Part shown: in pieces, positions 14,996 through 23,167 of the stretch | Layout: each line of letters begins with the position of its first letter | Numbering within the stretch: position 1 is the first letter of the stretch | Notes under the pieces: model-generated | Seen by the model: only the letters and a program-made list of their open reading frames with translations | What the model was told of the DNA's origin: nothing | The model's database searches: none | Translations under genes and position numbers: made by a program | Assembly (NCBI RefSeq): GCF_000021865.1 | Contig: NC_014034.1 | Span: 2,610,001 to 2,642,000, forward strand | DNA: 32,000 bases | From: Rhodobacter capsulatus SB 1003 | GTDB taxonomy: Bacteria; Pseudomonadota; Alphaproteobacteria; Rhodobacterales; Rhodobacteraceae | Direction of reading: 5' to 3'

Positions 14996-16495
14996 TCAGC
15001 CCAGATTGATCCAGACCGATTTCGTCTGGGTATATTGCGACAGCGCCTCGAAACACTTGTCGCGACCGTTGCCGGTCTGCTTGAACCCGCCCCAAAGCGA
15101 GGTCATGTCGCCGTGATCGAAGCAGTTCACCCAGCACACGCCCGCCTCCATCTCGCGCCCGAAGGTATGCGCCTTGGCCAGATCGCGGGTCCAGACCGAA
15201 GCGGCCAGCCCATAGGGCGAGTCATTGGCGATTTCGAGCCCGTCTTCGAGCCCGTCGATCGGAATGATCGTGCCGACCGGGCCAAAGATTTCCTCGCGCG
15301 CGATGGTCATGGCATTGTTGACCCCGGTGAACAGCGTCGGCTCCACATAGGCACCGTGCGACAGGCCCGCAGGCGTGCCGCCGCCCAGCGCCAGCACCGC
15401 CCCCTCGGCGCGGCCCTTCGCGATATAGCCCAGAACGCGCGCCTGCTGGTCGGTGGTGACCAAGGGCCCCATCGTCGTCGCGGGATCGAGCGGGTCGCCG
15501 AGGATGAAATTCTGCTTTGCCGTGGCGATGAATTTCTCGACAAAGGCGTCGTGCAATTCCCGCGCCACAAGGATGCGCGAGCCCGCGTTGCAGACCTCGC
15601 CCTGATTGCCGAAGATGCCGTTCACCGCATAGGTCGCGGCGGTGTCCAGATCGTCCCAGTCGCCCAGAATGATCTGCGGGGTCTTGCCGCCGCATTCGGT
15701 CGTCACGCGCTTCATGTTCGACTGACCGGCATAGATCATCAGAAGCTTGCCGACCTCGGTCGAGCCGGTGAAGGCGATCTTGTCGACATCCATGTGCAGC
15801 GCCAGCGCCTTGCCCGCCTCCTCGCCCAGACCCTGGACAACGTTCAAGACGCCGGGCGGACCGCCCGCCTCGATGAACAACTCGGCCAGCAGACAGGCCG
15901 AAAGCGGCGATTGCTCGGCCGGTTTCAGCACCACCGAATTGCCGGTGGCGAGCGCCGGGCCCAGCTTCCACGCCGCCATCATCAGCGGATAGTTCCAGGG
16001 CGTGATGATGCCGACGACGCCGAGCGGCTGATTGAGGATGTAATGCAGCGCGGTCGTCGCCGTCGCCGTCACCTGACCGTGGAACTTGTCGATCGATTCC
16101 CCGAAGAACTTGATCGTCGTGGCCGAAAAGGGCACGTCGATGTTCATCATGTCCATCACCGGCTTGCCCATGTCGAGGCTGTCAAGGACGGCGAATTCCT
16201 CGCCATGCGCCTCGATCAGCGCGGCGAATTTCTCCAGCACCGCCATGCGGGCGCGCGGCTCCATCTTTGACCAGACGCCGGAGCGAAAGACCTTGCGGGC
16301 GACCGACACGGCGCGGTCGATCTCGGCCTGACCGCCGCGGGCGACCTCGGCCAGAACGGCGCCATTGGCCGGGTTGATCGTCTGGAAGGTGCGGCCATCG
16401 GCCGAGGGCAGATAGTCGCCGCCGATGAAGTGGCGGGTGCGCAGCGTCAGCTTTTCGGCAAGCCCCTGCCAATAGGCCAAGGTGGTATCGGTCAT
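14996..16495 (-). CDS. NAD(P)-dependent aldehyde dehydrogenase (PuuC/aminobutyraldehyde dehydrogenase-like)
   Basis: 499 codons with AGGGAGAA upstream of the ATG. The catalytic Glu context is ECGGKTP and the catalytic Cys context is GEVCNAGSR. The cofactor motif is FTGSTEVGK. Confidence 0.9.
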   Translation of the reverse strand: MTDTTLAYWQGLAEKLTLRTRHFIGGDYLPSADGRTFQTINPANGAVLAEVARGGQAEIDRAVSVARKVFRSGVWSKMEPRARMAVLEKFAALIEAHGEEFAVLDSLDMGKPVMDMMNIDVPFSATTIKFFGESIDKFHGQVTATATTALHYILNQPLGVVGIITPWNYPLMMAAWKLGPALATGNSVVLKPAEQSPLSACLLAELFIEAGGPPGVLNVVQGLGEEAGKALALHMDVDKIAFTGSTEVGKLLMIYAGQSNMKRVTTECGGKTPQIILGDWDDLDTAATYAVNGIFGNQGEVCNAGSRILVARELHDAFVEKFIATAKQNFILGDPLDPATTMGPLVTTDQQARVLGYIAKGRAEGAVLALGGGTPAGLSHGAYVEPTLFTGVNNAMTIAREEIFGPVGTIIPIDGLEDGLEIANDSPYGLAASVWTRDLAKAHTFGREMEAGVCWVNCFDHGDMTSLWGGFKQTGNGRDKCFEALSQYTQTKSVWINLG

Positions 16496-16511
16496 GGTGT
16501 TCTCCCTGTGG

Positions 16512-17294
16512 TTATTTGCGGTCGCGCAGCAGCCCGACCGAGAGGATGATGAGCAGAAGCGAGACCAGAACGATCAGCGAGCCGATGGCGTTGATCTCGG
16601 GGGTGATGCCACGGCGCAGCGTGGAATAGATGTAGATGGGCAGGGTGATGTCGCGCCCGGTCAGGAAATAGGTCACCGGGATCTCGTCAAAGCTGAGGGT
16701 GAAGCTGAGAAGCCCCGCGCCAAGGATCGCCGGCCGGATCGCGGGCAGGGTGACGCGAAAGAAGGTCTCGACCGGCCCGGCGCCCAGATCGGCCGAGGCC
16801 TCCAGCAGCCGGTGATCGGTCTTGGCGAGCCGCGCCATCACCTGGCTGACGACCACCCCCAGCAGCGCCGTCGCATGGCCGATCACCACCGCGGTCAGGC
16901 TTTGGGGAATGCCGATCTGCTTGTAGAAATTCAGCATCGCGATGCCGGTCACCAGCCCCGGCAGGCTGAGCGGCAAGAGGATCGCATTGCGGAACAGCCC
17001 CTTGCCCGGGAAGTCGTGACGATCCAGCACAAGGGCCGCCAGCGTGCCGATGGTCAGCGTCAGGCCGGTGGCGCAGGTGGCGACGATCAGGCTGTTTTTC
17101 AGCGCCGTCAGCATCTGCGCATTGGCGAAGACCGCCTGATACCAATGCCAGGTGAAGCCCGACAGCGGGAAGGAGGTCACCTTGCTGTCGTTGAAGGAAA
17201 AGACGACGAGCACGACGATCGGCAGGTAAAGGAAAGCGAGCACGCCAAAGACGAAGCCGACCATCCCCTTTTGCCACCACAAAAGCTGTTTCAT
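16512..17294 (-). CDS. PotC/PotI-like ABC permease
   Basis: 260-codon polytopic ORF of the BPD_transp_1 type, last of three transporter components before the dehydrogenase. Confidence 0.9.
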   Translation of the reverse strand: MKQLLWWQKGMVGFVFGVLAFLYLPIVVLVVFSFNDSKVTSFPLSGFTWHWYQAVFANAQMLTALKNSLIVATCATGLTLTIGTLAALVLDRHDFPGKGLFRNAILLPLSLPGLVTGIAMLNFYKQIGIPQSLTAVVIGHATALLGVVVSQVMARLAKTDHRLLEASADLGAGPVETFFRVTLPAIRPAILGAGLLSFTLSFDEIPVTYFLTGRDITLPIYIYSTLRRGITPEINAIGSLIVLVSLLLIILSVGLLRDRK

Positions 17295-17303
17295 CGCCGC
17301 CCC

Positions 17304-18173
17304 CTATCGCAGATTGCGCGCCGAGGCGCGTTCGGCCCAGCCGGTGAGGCCCAGGATCGCCAGCACCATGATCAGCACGAGCGTGGCGAGCGCAGACCCA
17401 AGCGGCCAGTTCAGCGCCGCGCCGAATTGCGTTTGCAGCAGGTTCGCCACCATCGTCCCATCGGGGCCGCCGACCAGCACAGGGGCGACGAAATCGCCGA
17501 AACTCAGGCAAAAGGTCATCATCGCCCCCGCCACCACCCCGCCCAGCGACAGGGGCGCGATCACATGGGCAAAGGTACCCAAAGGCCCGATGCCAAGGTC
17601 TTCCGACGCCTCGATCAGCCCCTTGGGGATGTTTTCCAGCACGGCATAGATCGGCATCACCATGAAGGGCACGAAGATATAGGTGAGCGTGATCACCATC
17701 GCCGTCTGGTTATAAAGGAAGGCATCGAGCGGCGTGTCGATCAGCCCAAGCCAGATCAGCGCGGAATTGAGCGCGCCATCGGTGCCCAGAATGATCTTCC
17801 AAGTATAGGCGCGCAGCAGGTAGCTGACCCAGAGCGGCACGATCACCGCCATGTAGATCAGGTTGCGCAGCCGGTCGGAGCGGATGGTGAAGACCAGAAA
17901 ATAGGCCAGCGGATAGCCCAGGATCAGCGCGCAGGCGGTGACCATCGCTGCGATCTTCAGCGTGCGCAGGATCACCGTGGTATATTGCGGGTCCGAGAAC
18001 AGCTGGACGTAGTTGCCGAACTGGAAATCGGGGACGAAAAGCGGGAATTGCCGGGTCCAGAAACCGACCGCGATCATCAGCAGATAGGGCACGATCAGAA
18101 GCAGCAGCGCCCAGCCCAGCGGCAGCGAGAAAAGCCCCGCCGTCAGCAGCATCGAAGCGGAGGGGCGTTTCAT
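17304..18173 (-). CDS. PotB/PotH-like ABC permease
   Basis: 289-codon polytopic ORF. Its ATG overlaps the ATPase stop (ATGA at 18170-18173). Confidence 0.9.
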   Translation of the reverse strand: MKRPSASMLLTAGLFSLPLGWALLLLIVPYLLMIAVGFWTRQFPLFVPDFQFGNYVQLFSDPQYTTVILRTLKIAAMVTACALILGYPLAYFLVFTIRSDRLRNLIYMAVIVPLWVSYLLRAYTWKIILGTDGALNSALIWLGLIDTPLDAFLYNQTAMVITLTYIFVPFMVMPIYAVLENIPKGLIEASEDLGIGPLGTFAHVIAPLSLGGVVAGAMMTFCLSFGDFVAPVLVGGPDGTMVANLLQTQFGAALNWPLGSALATLVLIMVLAILGLTGWAERASARNLR

Positions 18174-19270
18174 GCCGCCACCTTGGCAAACAGCATGACG
18201 TCCTCGGGGGCAACGGCAAAGCGGATCGGCTGCCCCGGCATCAGCGCATCGGCGGAAAGCGCCGCGCCGCGCGGCAGCTGCGCAAAGGCCGGTTGCGTCG
18301 CGCCATCGGGCAGGAATTCCAGCCTTATGCTGTCACCGTGGAAAAGCGTGTCGACCACCCTGCCCTGCAGCAGATTGTCGCCCGCGGCGGGGCGCAGATG
18401 TTCGGGGCGAATGCCGATCAGAACATCCGTGCCCGGATGGAAGCCGCCATTGCCCGCGGTCTTGCGGCGCAGCTTCGCGCCGCCCGGCAGGGACATCACG
18501 TCAAACCCGGCCTCGCGCCCCTCGTAGCGCGCCTCGATCAGGTTCGTCGCGCCGATGAAATCGGCGACATAGGGCGTCGCCGGGCGGTCATACAAATCGT
18601 TCGGCGTGCCGATCTGGCGGATCCGCCCGGCCTCCATCACCACGATCCGGTTCGAGAGCGCCAAAGCCTCGGTCTGATCATGCGTGACCATGAGGAAGGT
18701 GATGCCCAATTCCCGGTGCAGCCGCTTCAGTTCGACCTGCATCACCTCGCGCAGTTTCACATCGAGCGCCGAGAGCGGCTCATCCAGAAGCAGCACCCGC
18801 GGCTTGCGGATCAGCGCCCGCGCCATCGCCACGCGCTGCTTTTGCCCGCCCGACAGCGCGCCGGGGCGCTTGCCGCCCATCTGGCTCAGCCCGACCATTT
18901 CAAGCACTTCGGCCACCTGGCGGGGAATGTCGGAGCGCGCGACGGTCGAGCCGCGCACGGTCAGCCCGTAGGCGACATTTTCCGCCACCGTCATATGCGG
19001 AAAGAGCGCGTAATCCTGAAACACCGTGTTCACCGGGCGGCGATAGGGCGGATTGCTGGTCACATCCTGCCCGGCAATGCCGATCTTGCCGGTGGTGGGC
19101 AGCTCAAACCCGCCAATGAGGCGCAGCGTCGTCGTCTTGCCGCAGCCCGAGGGGCCAAGCAGGGTGACGAATTCGCCCTCGCCGATGGAGAAGCTGGTTT
19201 CGTGCAGCGCCTTGAAACTGCCGAAGGATTTGGTGACGCCGTCGAGCGTCACGATAGGGCGTGCGGACAT
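18170..19270 (-). CDS. PotA/PotG-like ABC ATP-binding protein
   Basis: Walker A GPSGCGKTT, signature LSGGQKQRV, Walker B LLLDEPLSALD, and a C-terminal TOBE-like extension. Confidence 0.9.
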   Translation of the reverse strand: MSARPIVTLDGVTKSFGSFKALHETSFSIGEGEFVTLLGPSGCGKTTTLRLIGGFELPTTGKIGIAGQDVTSNPPYRRPVNTVFQDYALFPHMTVAENVAYGLTVRGSTVARSDIPRQVAEVLEMVGLSQMGGKRPGALSGGQKQRVAMARALIRKPRVLLLDEPLSALDVKLREVMQVELKRLHRELGITFLMVTHDQTEALALSNRIVVMEAGRIRQIGTPNDLYDRPATPYVADFIGATNLIEARYEGREAGFDVMSLPGGAKLRRKTAGNGGFHPGTDVLIGIRPEHLRPAAGDNLLQGRVVDTLFHGDSIRLEFLPDGATQPAFAQLPRGAALSADALMPGQPIRFAVAPEDVMLFAKVAA

Positions 19271-19298
19271 GGGCCAATCCTGTGCGATGCGGAAGGGG

Positions 19299-19323
19299 GC
19301 GACCCCGGGCGTTCCGGGGCCGC
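19299..19323 (-). other. Intercistronic GC stem-loop between the binding-protein and ATPase genes
   Basis: ccccgg gcgtt ccgggg, with imperfect flanking extension, sits in the 81-nt gap. No T-tract follows. It is compatible with an mRNA-stabilising hairpin after the binding-protein cistron. Confidence 0.35.
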
Positions 19324-19351
19324 TGATCTGGGTCGAAAGGGGGAAGCGGCC

Positions 19352-20404
19352 TCAGGGCGCCGCTTTCACCGCGTTCCAGACCTCGAGATATTTGTCGAGC
19401 CGCACCGGCTGTTGCCACATCACCAGGCTTTTGACGAAGTCGATGTTGTCGACCTTGCGCTCTGCCTTCATCGCCGCATCCATGCAGGCGGACACCGCAC
19501 CCGGGTTCACCGGGAAATAGCCGGTCGATTTGGCGATGCCGCACTGACCCTCGGGCGATTGCATGTAGGACATGAACTTGACCGCACATTCCTGGTTCGG
19601 CGTGCCCTTGACCAGCATCATCGAATCCATCCAGCCCTCGGCCTTTTCCTTCGGCGAGAATTCGGCCACGGTGAAGCCCTTGCCCAGCGCGTTCACGTCC
19701 TTGGAGGTCAGCCCCGTCCAGGCGTTCGAAACCCAGACCTCGTTATTGGCCATCAGATCGGTCAGCTCGCCCGCGCTTGACCAGTATTTGCGGATCAACG
19801 GCTTTTGCGCGATCAGCTTGGCCTTGACCGCCTCCAGTTCCGCGTCGCTCAGATCGAAGATGTTCTCAAAGCCCAGATAGCGCGCCGTCCAGTAGATCGC
19901 CGATTTGTCGTCCCAAAGCGAGATCTTGCCCTTGTAGGCCGGGTCGAACAGCAGGCCGATGGAATCGGGCGTGCCGGTGACCTTGTCGGGGCGGTAGATC
20001 ACCGAGACCGAGCCCCAGATCAGCGGCACCGCCCAGGTTTCGCCTTCGACCACGATCTCGGGATGTTTGGCGAACTCGGGATAGATGCCCTCGGCTCCGG
20101 TCACCGTGGCGGGGTCGACCGGATCGACGAAGCCCGCCAGCCGCATCATCGACACCGTGTCGAGCGAGGGGGTGATGACGTCATAGACGCCGCCGCCCGC
20201 CGCAAGCTTGGCCGCGAAATCGTCGTTCGAGCCGACATAGGTGGCGCTGACGGCGCAGCCCGAGGCCTCTTCGAAGGGTTTGAGGAAGGACGGGTCGGCA
20301 TAGCCTTCCCAGGTGAGGATGTTCAGCTCGCCCGCCGCCGCGCCAAGCGGCAGGGTGGCAAGCGCGAACGCGGTCAGCGCCCGCGCGGTCCGTCTCCGAG
20401 TCAT
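19352..20404 (-). CDS. PotD/PotF-like periplasmic polyamine-family binding protein
   Basis: Signal peptide: MTRRRTARALTAFALATLPLGAAAG. The mature part is SBP_bac_8-like (LNILTWEGYADPSF...). Its ATG overlaps the stop of the regulator gene (ATGA at 20401-20404). Confidence 0.9.
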   Translation of the reverse strand: MTRRRTARALTAFALATLPLGAAAGELNILTWEGYADPSFLKPFEEASGCAVSATYVGSNDDFAAKLAAGGGVYDVITPSLDTVSMMRLAGFVDPVDPATVTGAEGIYPEFAKHPEIVVEGETWAVPLIWGSVSVIYRPDKVTGTPDSIGLLFDPAYKGKISLWDDKSAIYWTARYLGFENIFDLSDAELEAVKAKLIAQKPLIRKYWSSAGELTDLMANNEVWVSNAWTGLTSKDVNALGKGFTVAEFSPKEKAEGWMDSMMLVKGTPNQECAVKFMSYMQSPEGQCGIAKSTGYFPVNPGAVSACMDAAMKAERKVDNIDFVKSLVMWQQPVRLDKYLEVWNAVKAAP

Positions 20405-21741
20405 GGGGTTTCACTCCTTGTTGGTTGCGTGTCGCGTGACCTGTTCATCTTGCGGATCAGGGTCGCGACATCGATGCCGAGCGCCTTTGCGGCGCTTCGC
20501 TTGCTTCCGTGGTCGGCCACGGAATTCTCGATGGTCCGGATTTCGAATTCCCGGACCAGATCCTTGAGCGGCAGCCCGGTCCGGTCGGGGACCGGCGCGG
20601 CGGCCATGTCCCGGGCGGGCGGCAGATGCGCGGGCTCGGCCGTGGTCCCGGCGCAAAGCGCGGCGCAGCGCAGGGCCGCGATCGCCTCGCGCAGGTTGCC
20701 GGGCAGCGGCCGGGCGGCGAGCGCCTTGACGAACCGCGCCGAAAGCGCCAGCGGACGCGGCCGGGCCCGGTTGATCTCGGCCAGCCAGGCGTCGAGGAAA
20801 GGCGCCAGAAAGGCGGGCTCGGCGCGCAGCGGCGGCAGGGTCAGGGTCAGGTCGCAAAGCCGGAAATAAAGCGCCTCGGGCAGCGTGCCATTGGCGCAAA
20901 GCGGCCAGAGCGGCTGCGTGGCGGTGGACACGATCCGGGTGCCGCCGCTGTCCAGAACCGCATCGAGCGTCGCCAGAAGCCGCCCGGCCAGCGCCGGGGG
21001 CAGCAGATCGACTGCTTCCAGAACCAGCGTGCCGCCCGCCGCCGCCTCGATCCGGCCGATGCGGCCGGGATCGGTGGCGCCGGTGCCGAAAAGCTCTGCC
21101 TCGAAGCTGGCGGGATCGAGCGCGGCACAGAAGATCGTCGCCACCGGCGCCCCCTGCCCGGCCAGAGCACGGGTCAGAAGTGTCGTCTTGCCGGTGCCGG
21201 TCTCGCCCGAAAGATGCACCGTCAGCCCCTGCGCCAGGGCGCCCTCGAGCCGCTCGGCCAGCGCCTGCCGCGCCGGGCTGGTGACAAAGGGCGCCTGCGG
21301 CGCCAGATCGCGCGCCAGCCGGAACTGGCCCCGCGCCGGGCTGGCCACCGGATGCGCCCCCAACTCGCGCAGCGTCAGCAGCGCCGCATAGGGATCGTCG
21401 TCCTGCCGCAGGATCGAGAGCTGCGCGCTGACCGCCCGCCCCGAGGGCAGCGTGCCCGTGGTCTCGGTCCGCCGCAGCCGGATCAGCCCCTCGGACAGAT
21501 CCGCCGCCAGCCGCCCGGTGCCGCGCAGATGCCGCGCGAGATCCGCGCCCAGAAGATCGGCCCGGGTCGCGCGCAAGAGCCGCTCCATCGGCGCATTGAC
21601 CAGACGGATCCGCCCGTCCAGCTCGACCAGCGCCGCGCCATCGGTCAAGCCGTTGAGAAAACTGGGAAACCCCGGATCGTCGATGAAGCCCGGACGACGA
21701 CGACCCAGCCCGGCCTGGGGTTCGCTGCGATAAAACCTCAT
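20401..21741 (-). CDS. PAS-AAA+-Fis-HTH regulator related to bacterial enhancer-binding proteins but degenerate (446 aa)
   Basis: ATG 21739-21741 overlaps the upstream stop (ATGA). Walker A GETGTGKT is at 21184-21207. ELFGTGATDPG (21064-21096) stands where ELFGhekGAFTGA is expected. GGTLVLEAVD (21007-21036) stands where GGTLFLDEI is expected. LPGNLRE resembles sensor II. The C-terminal HTH is SKRSAAKALGIDVATLIRKM. Confidence 0.8.
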   Translation of the reverse strand: MRFYRSEPQAGLGRRRPGFIDDPGFPSFLNGLTDGAALVELDGRIRLVNAPMERLLRATRADLLGADLARHLRGTGRLAADLSEGLIRLRRTETTGTLPSGRAVSAQLSILRQDDDPYAALLTLRELGAHPVASPARGQFRLARDLAPQAPFVTSPARQALAERLEGALAQGLTVHLSGETGTGKTTLLTRALAGQGAPVATIFCAALDPASFEAELFGTGATDPGRIGRIEAAAGGTLVLEAVDLLPPALAGRLLATLDAVLDSGGTRIVSTATQPLWPLCANGTLPEALYFRLCDLTLTLPPLRAEPAFLAPFLDAWLAEINRARPRPLALSARFVKALAARPLPGNLREAIAALRCAALCAGTTAEPAHLPPARDMAAAPVPDRTGLPLKDLVREFEIRTIENSVADHGSKRSAAKALGIDVATLIRKMNRSRDTQPTRSETP

Positions 21742-22874
21742 GCCGGTTCCCCCGCCGATGCGCGTCGCCGCGCGGTCTTGCGGCGGCCGCGCAGAACGTA
21801 ACGGCGCGGCCCCTCGGGCATCAGCGTGACCCGGAAAAGCCAGGCCGCGCGGGGGTGATCGGGCTCGCGCAGCGCCAGTTCGGTCTCCGCCTCGCTGTCC
21901 TCCAGCGCCGCGCTGCACAGCCGCGCAAAGGCTTGCCGCGTCGCGGCCAGACTGTCGAAGGGCGCCCCCAGCAGCCCGCTGCCGCCCAGCGCGCGCTCGG
22001 CCGCGGCGTTGGTCGCCAGCACAAGCCCGGCCTCGGAAAGGACAAAGATCGGATCGGGCACGGCGCCCAGGATGTCGCGCATCACCTCGGCCTCGGCGCT
22101 GATCGCGCGTTCGCGGGCGCGGCTTGGCCCGATGTCGCGGGTGGTGCCCCAAAGCCGGATCAGCTGATCGTCGCGGATCAGGGCGCGGAAATCGTTTTCC
22201 ACCAGCATCGGCGTGCCGTCATGGCGCTGGTCGATCGCCTGCGCACCATCCAGCCGGTAGCCCATCCGCACCAGATCGCGGATCATCGCCCGGTTGACCG
22301 GCGTTTCGGGAAAGTAGCGGCTGACCGGCTGGGTGTTGAAATCCTGATCGGCGGGCACGGCGTAAAGCGCCGCCATCGCATCGTTGCAGGCCCGCCAGCG
22401 CGCGCGGTTGCGAAACACCTGATCGACGATCTCGTCTTCGGGGCGGCGCAGATCGACCGGGTCCAGAAAATCGATGCACCAGCAGGCGTCGCGGGCGGCA
22501 TCGATCATCTGCGACAGGATCTCGAGCCGGTCGAGCGGTTCGGCAAAGGCCGCAGGCAGCGGCTCGGTCAGGCGCAGCACGAACAGCCAAAGCCCGCCGC
22601 CGTCCCGGGGGGCGCAGTGCAGGGCGGCCGGAAGCTCCTCTGCCTGCAGCCGGGCGACAAAGCCCTGCGGCGCCGGTTCCCTGCCCGCGCAGATCGCCGC
22701 CAGCCGGTCGGCCGCCTCGGCGGCGAACAGATCCGAAAGCGCCCCCCCGGCCGCCAGACCCCGTGCCGCCAGCCAAAGCGCGGCCGCAGGATTGGCCGCG
22801 CGGGCGGTGCCGGGGGCGGCAAGCGCCAGCACCGGCAGCGGCAGATCGGCAAAGGCGGGGGGGCTGTGTGTCAT
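21738..22874 (-). CDS. PAS-repeat sensor protein without a recognisable output domain (378 aa)
   Basis: 378-codon ORF with good third-position GC. It contains PAS-like blocks, for example LEILSQMIDAARDACWCIDF...LVENDFRALIRDDQLIRLWGTTRDI and VMRDILGAVPDPIFVLSEAGLVLATNAAAERALG. No kinase, GGDEF, HTH or receiver motif was seen. Confidence 0.7.
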   Translation of the reverse strand: MTHSPPAFADLPLPVLALAAPGTARAANPAAALWLAARGLAAGGALSDLFAAEAADRLAAICAGREPAPQGFVARLQAEELPAALHCAPRDGGGLWLFVLRLTEPLPAAFAEPLDRLEILSQMIDAARDACWCIDFLDPVDLRRPEDEIVDQVFRNRARWRACNDAMAALYAVPADQDFNTQPVSRYFPETPVNRAMIRDLVRMGYRLDGAQAIDQRHDGTPMLVENDFRALIRDDQLIRLWGTTRDIGPSRARERAISAEAEVMRDILGAVPDPIFVLSEAGLVLATNAAAERALGGSGLLGAPFDSLAATRQAFARLCSAALEDSEAETELALREPDHPRAAWLFRVTLMPEGPRRYVLRGRRKTARRRASAGEPA

Positions 22875-22920
22875 GGCGCCGTCGGTCAGGGTTCATTTCC
22901 CCCGAGGATGCGACCTCCCG

Positions 22921-23006
22921 TCGCAGCGGCAATCGAAATTGCGCGATCCCGGCACGCTTTCGGATTTTCGCTGCGATATTGCGCATCTTTCGCAGCGATA
23001 TTGCAT
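22921..23006. promoter_or_regulatory. Repeated operator-like element TTTCGC(W)GCGATATTGC x2 (22-bp period) plus a degenerate third copy
   Basis: Read directly. The two good copies are tttcgctgcgatattgc at 22966-22982 and tttcgcagcgatattgc at 22988-23004. A related tcgcagcg...attgc lies at 22921-22942. All are 50-130 bp upstream of the PAS gene start (22874). Confidence 0.4.
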
Positions 23007-23035
23007 TTTCCCGCGGGGAAACCGCCGCAACGGGT

Positions 23036-23101
23036 CGAAAAATCCGGCACAGGCGGCGATGATGCCCGCGCGGCAGCGCAGAAGCGGCACCGCCTGTGCG
23101 G
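23036..23101 (-). terminator. Possible terminator after the FAD oxidoreductase gene
   Basis: A 10-bp inverted repeat (ggcacaggcgg / ccgcctgtgc) is followed on the minus strand by CGGATTTTT. The loop is long (about 33 nt), so confidence is low. Confidence 0.3.
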
Positions 23102-23167
23102 GCCGCAGCGCAGCGCCCGACGGGATCACGGACAGGGGATTCGGCGCAGGCGTCCGTCGGCGCCGGC

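Noticed and set aside
16482-18527. 681-codon plus-strand ORF. Similar long shadows are 5171-7078 (+), 6859-7890 (+), 10717-12372 (-), 12651-14198 (-), 15035-16270 (+), 18293-19780 (+), 20509-21801 (+), 21855-23258 (+), 23096-24685 (+), 24668-25822 (-), 25995-26630 (-), 27931-30201 (+) and 30042-31046 (+).
   Set aside because: Each lies opposite a gene with strong family motifs (ABC components, ligase, ThrS and others). Each translates to Arg/Asp/Gly/Pro/His-rich sequence without recognisable domains.
22875-23167. Search for a sigma-54 promoter upstream of the PAS/EBP-like operon
   Set aside because: The only GG-N10-GC occurrence (CGGCGGTTTCCCCGCG) has poor flanks compared with TGGCAC/TTGCA. 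This agrees with the regulator lacking GAFTGA.
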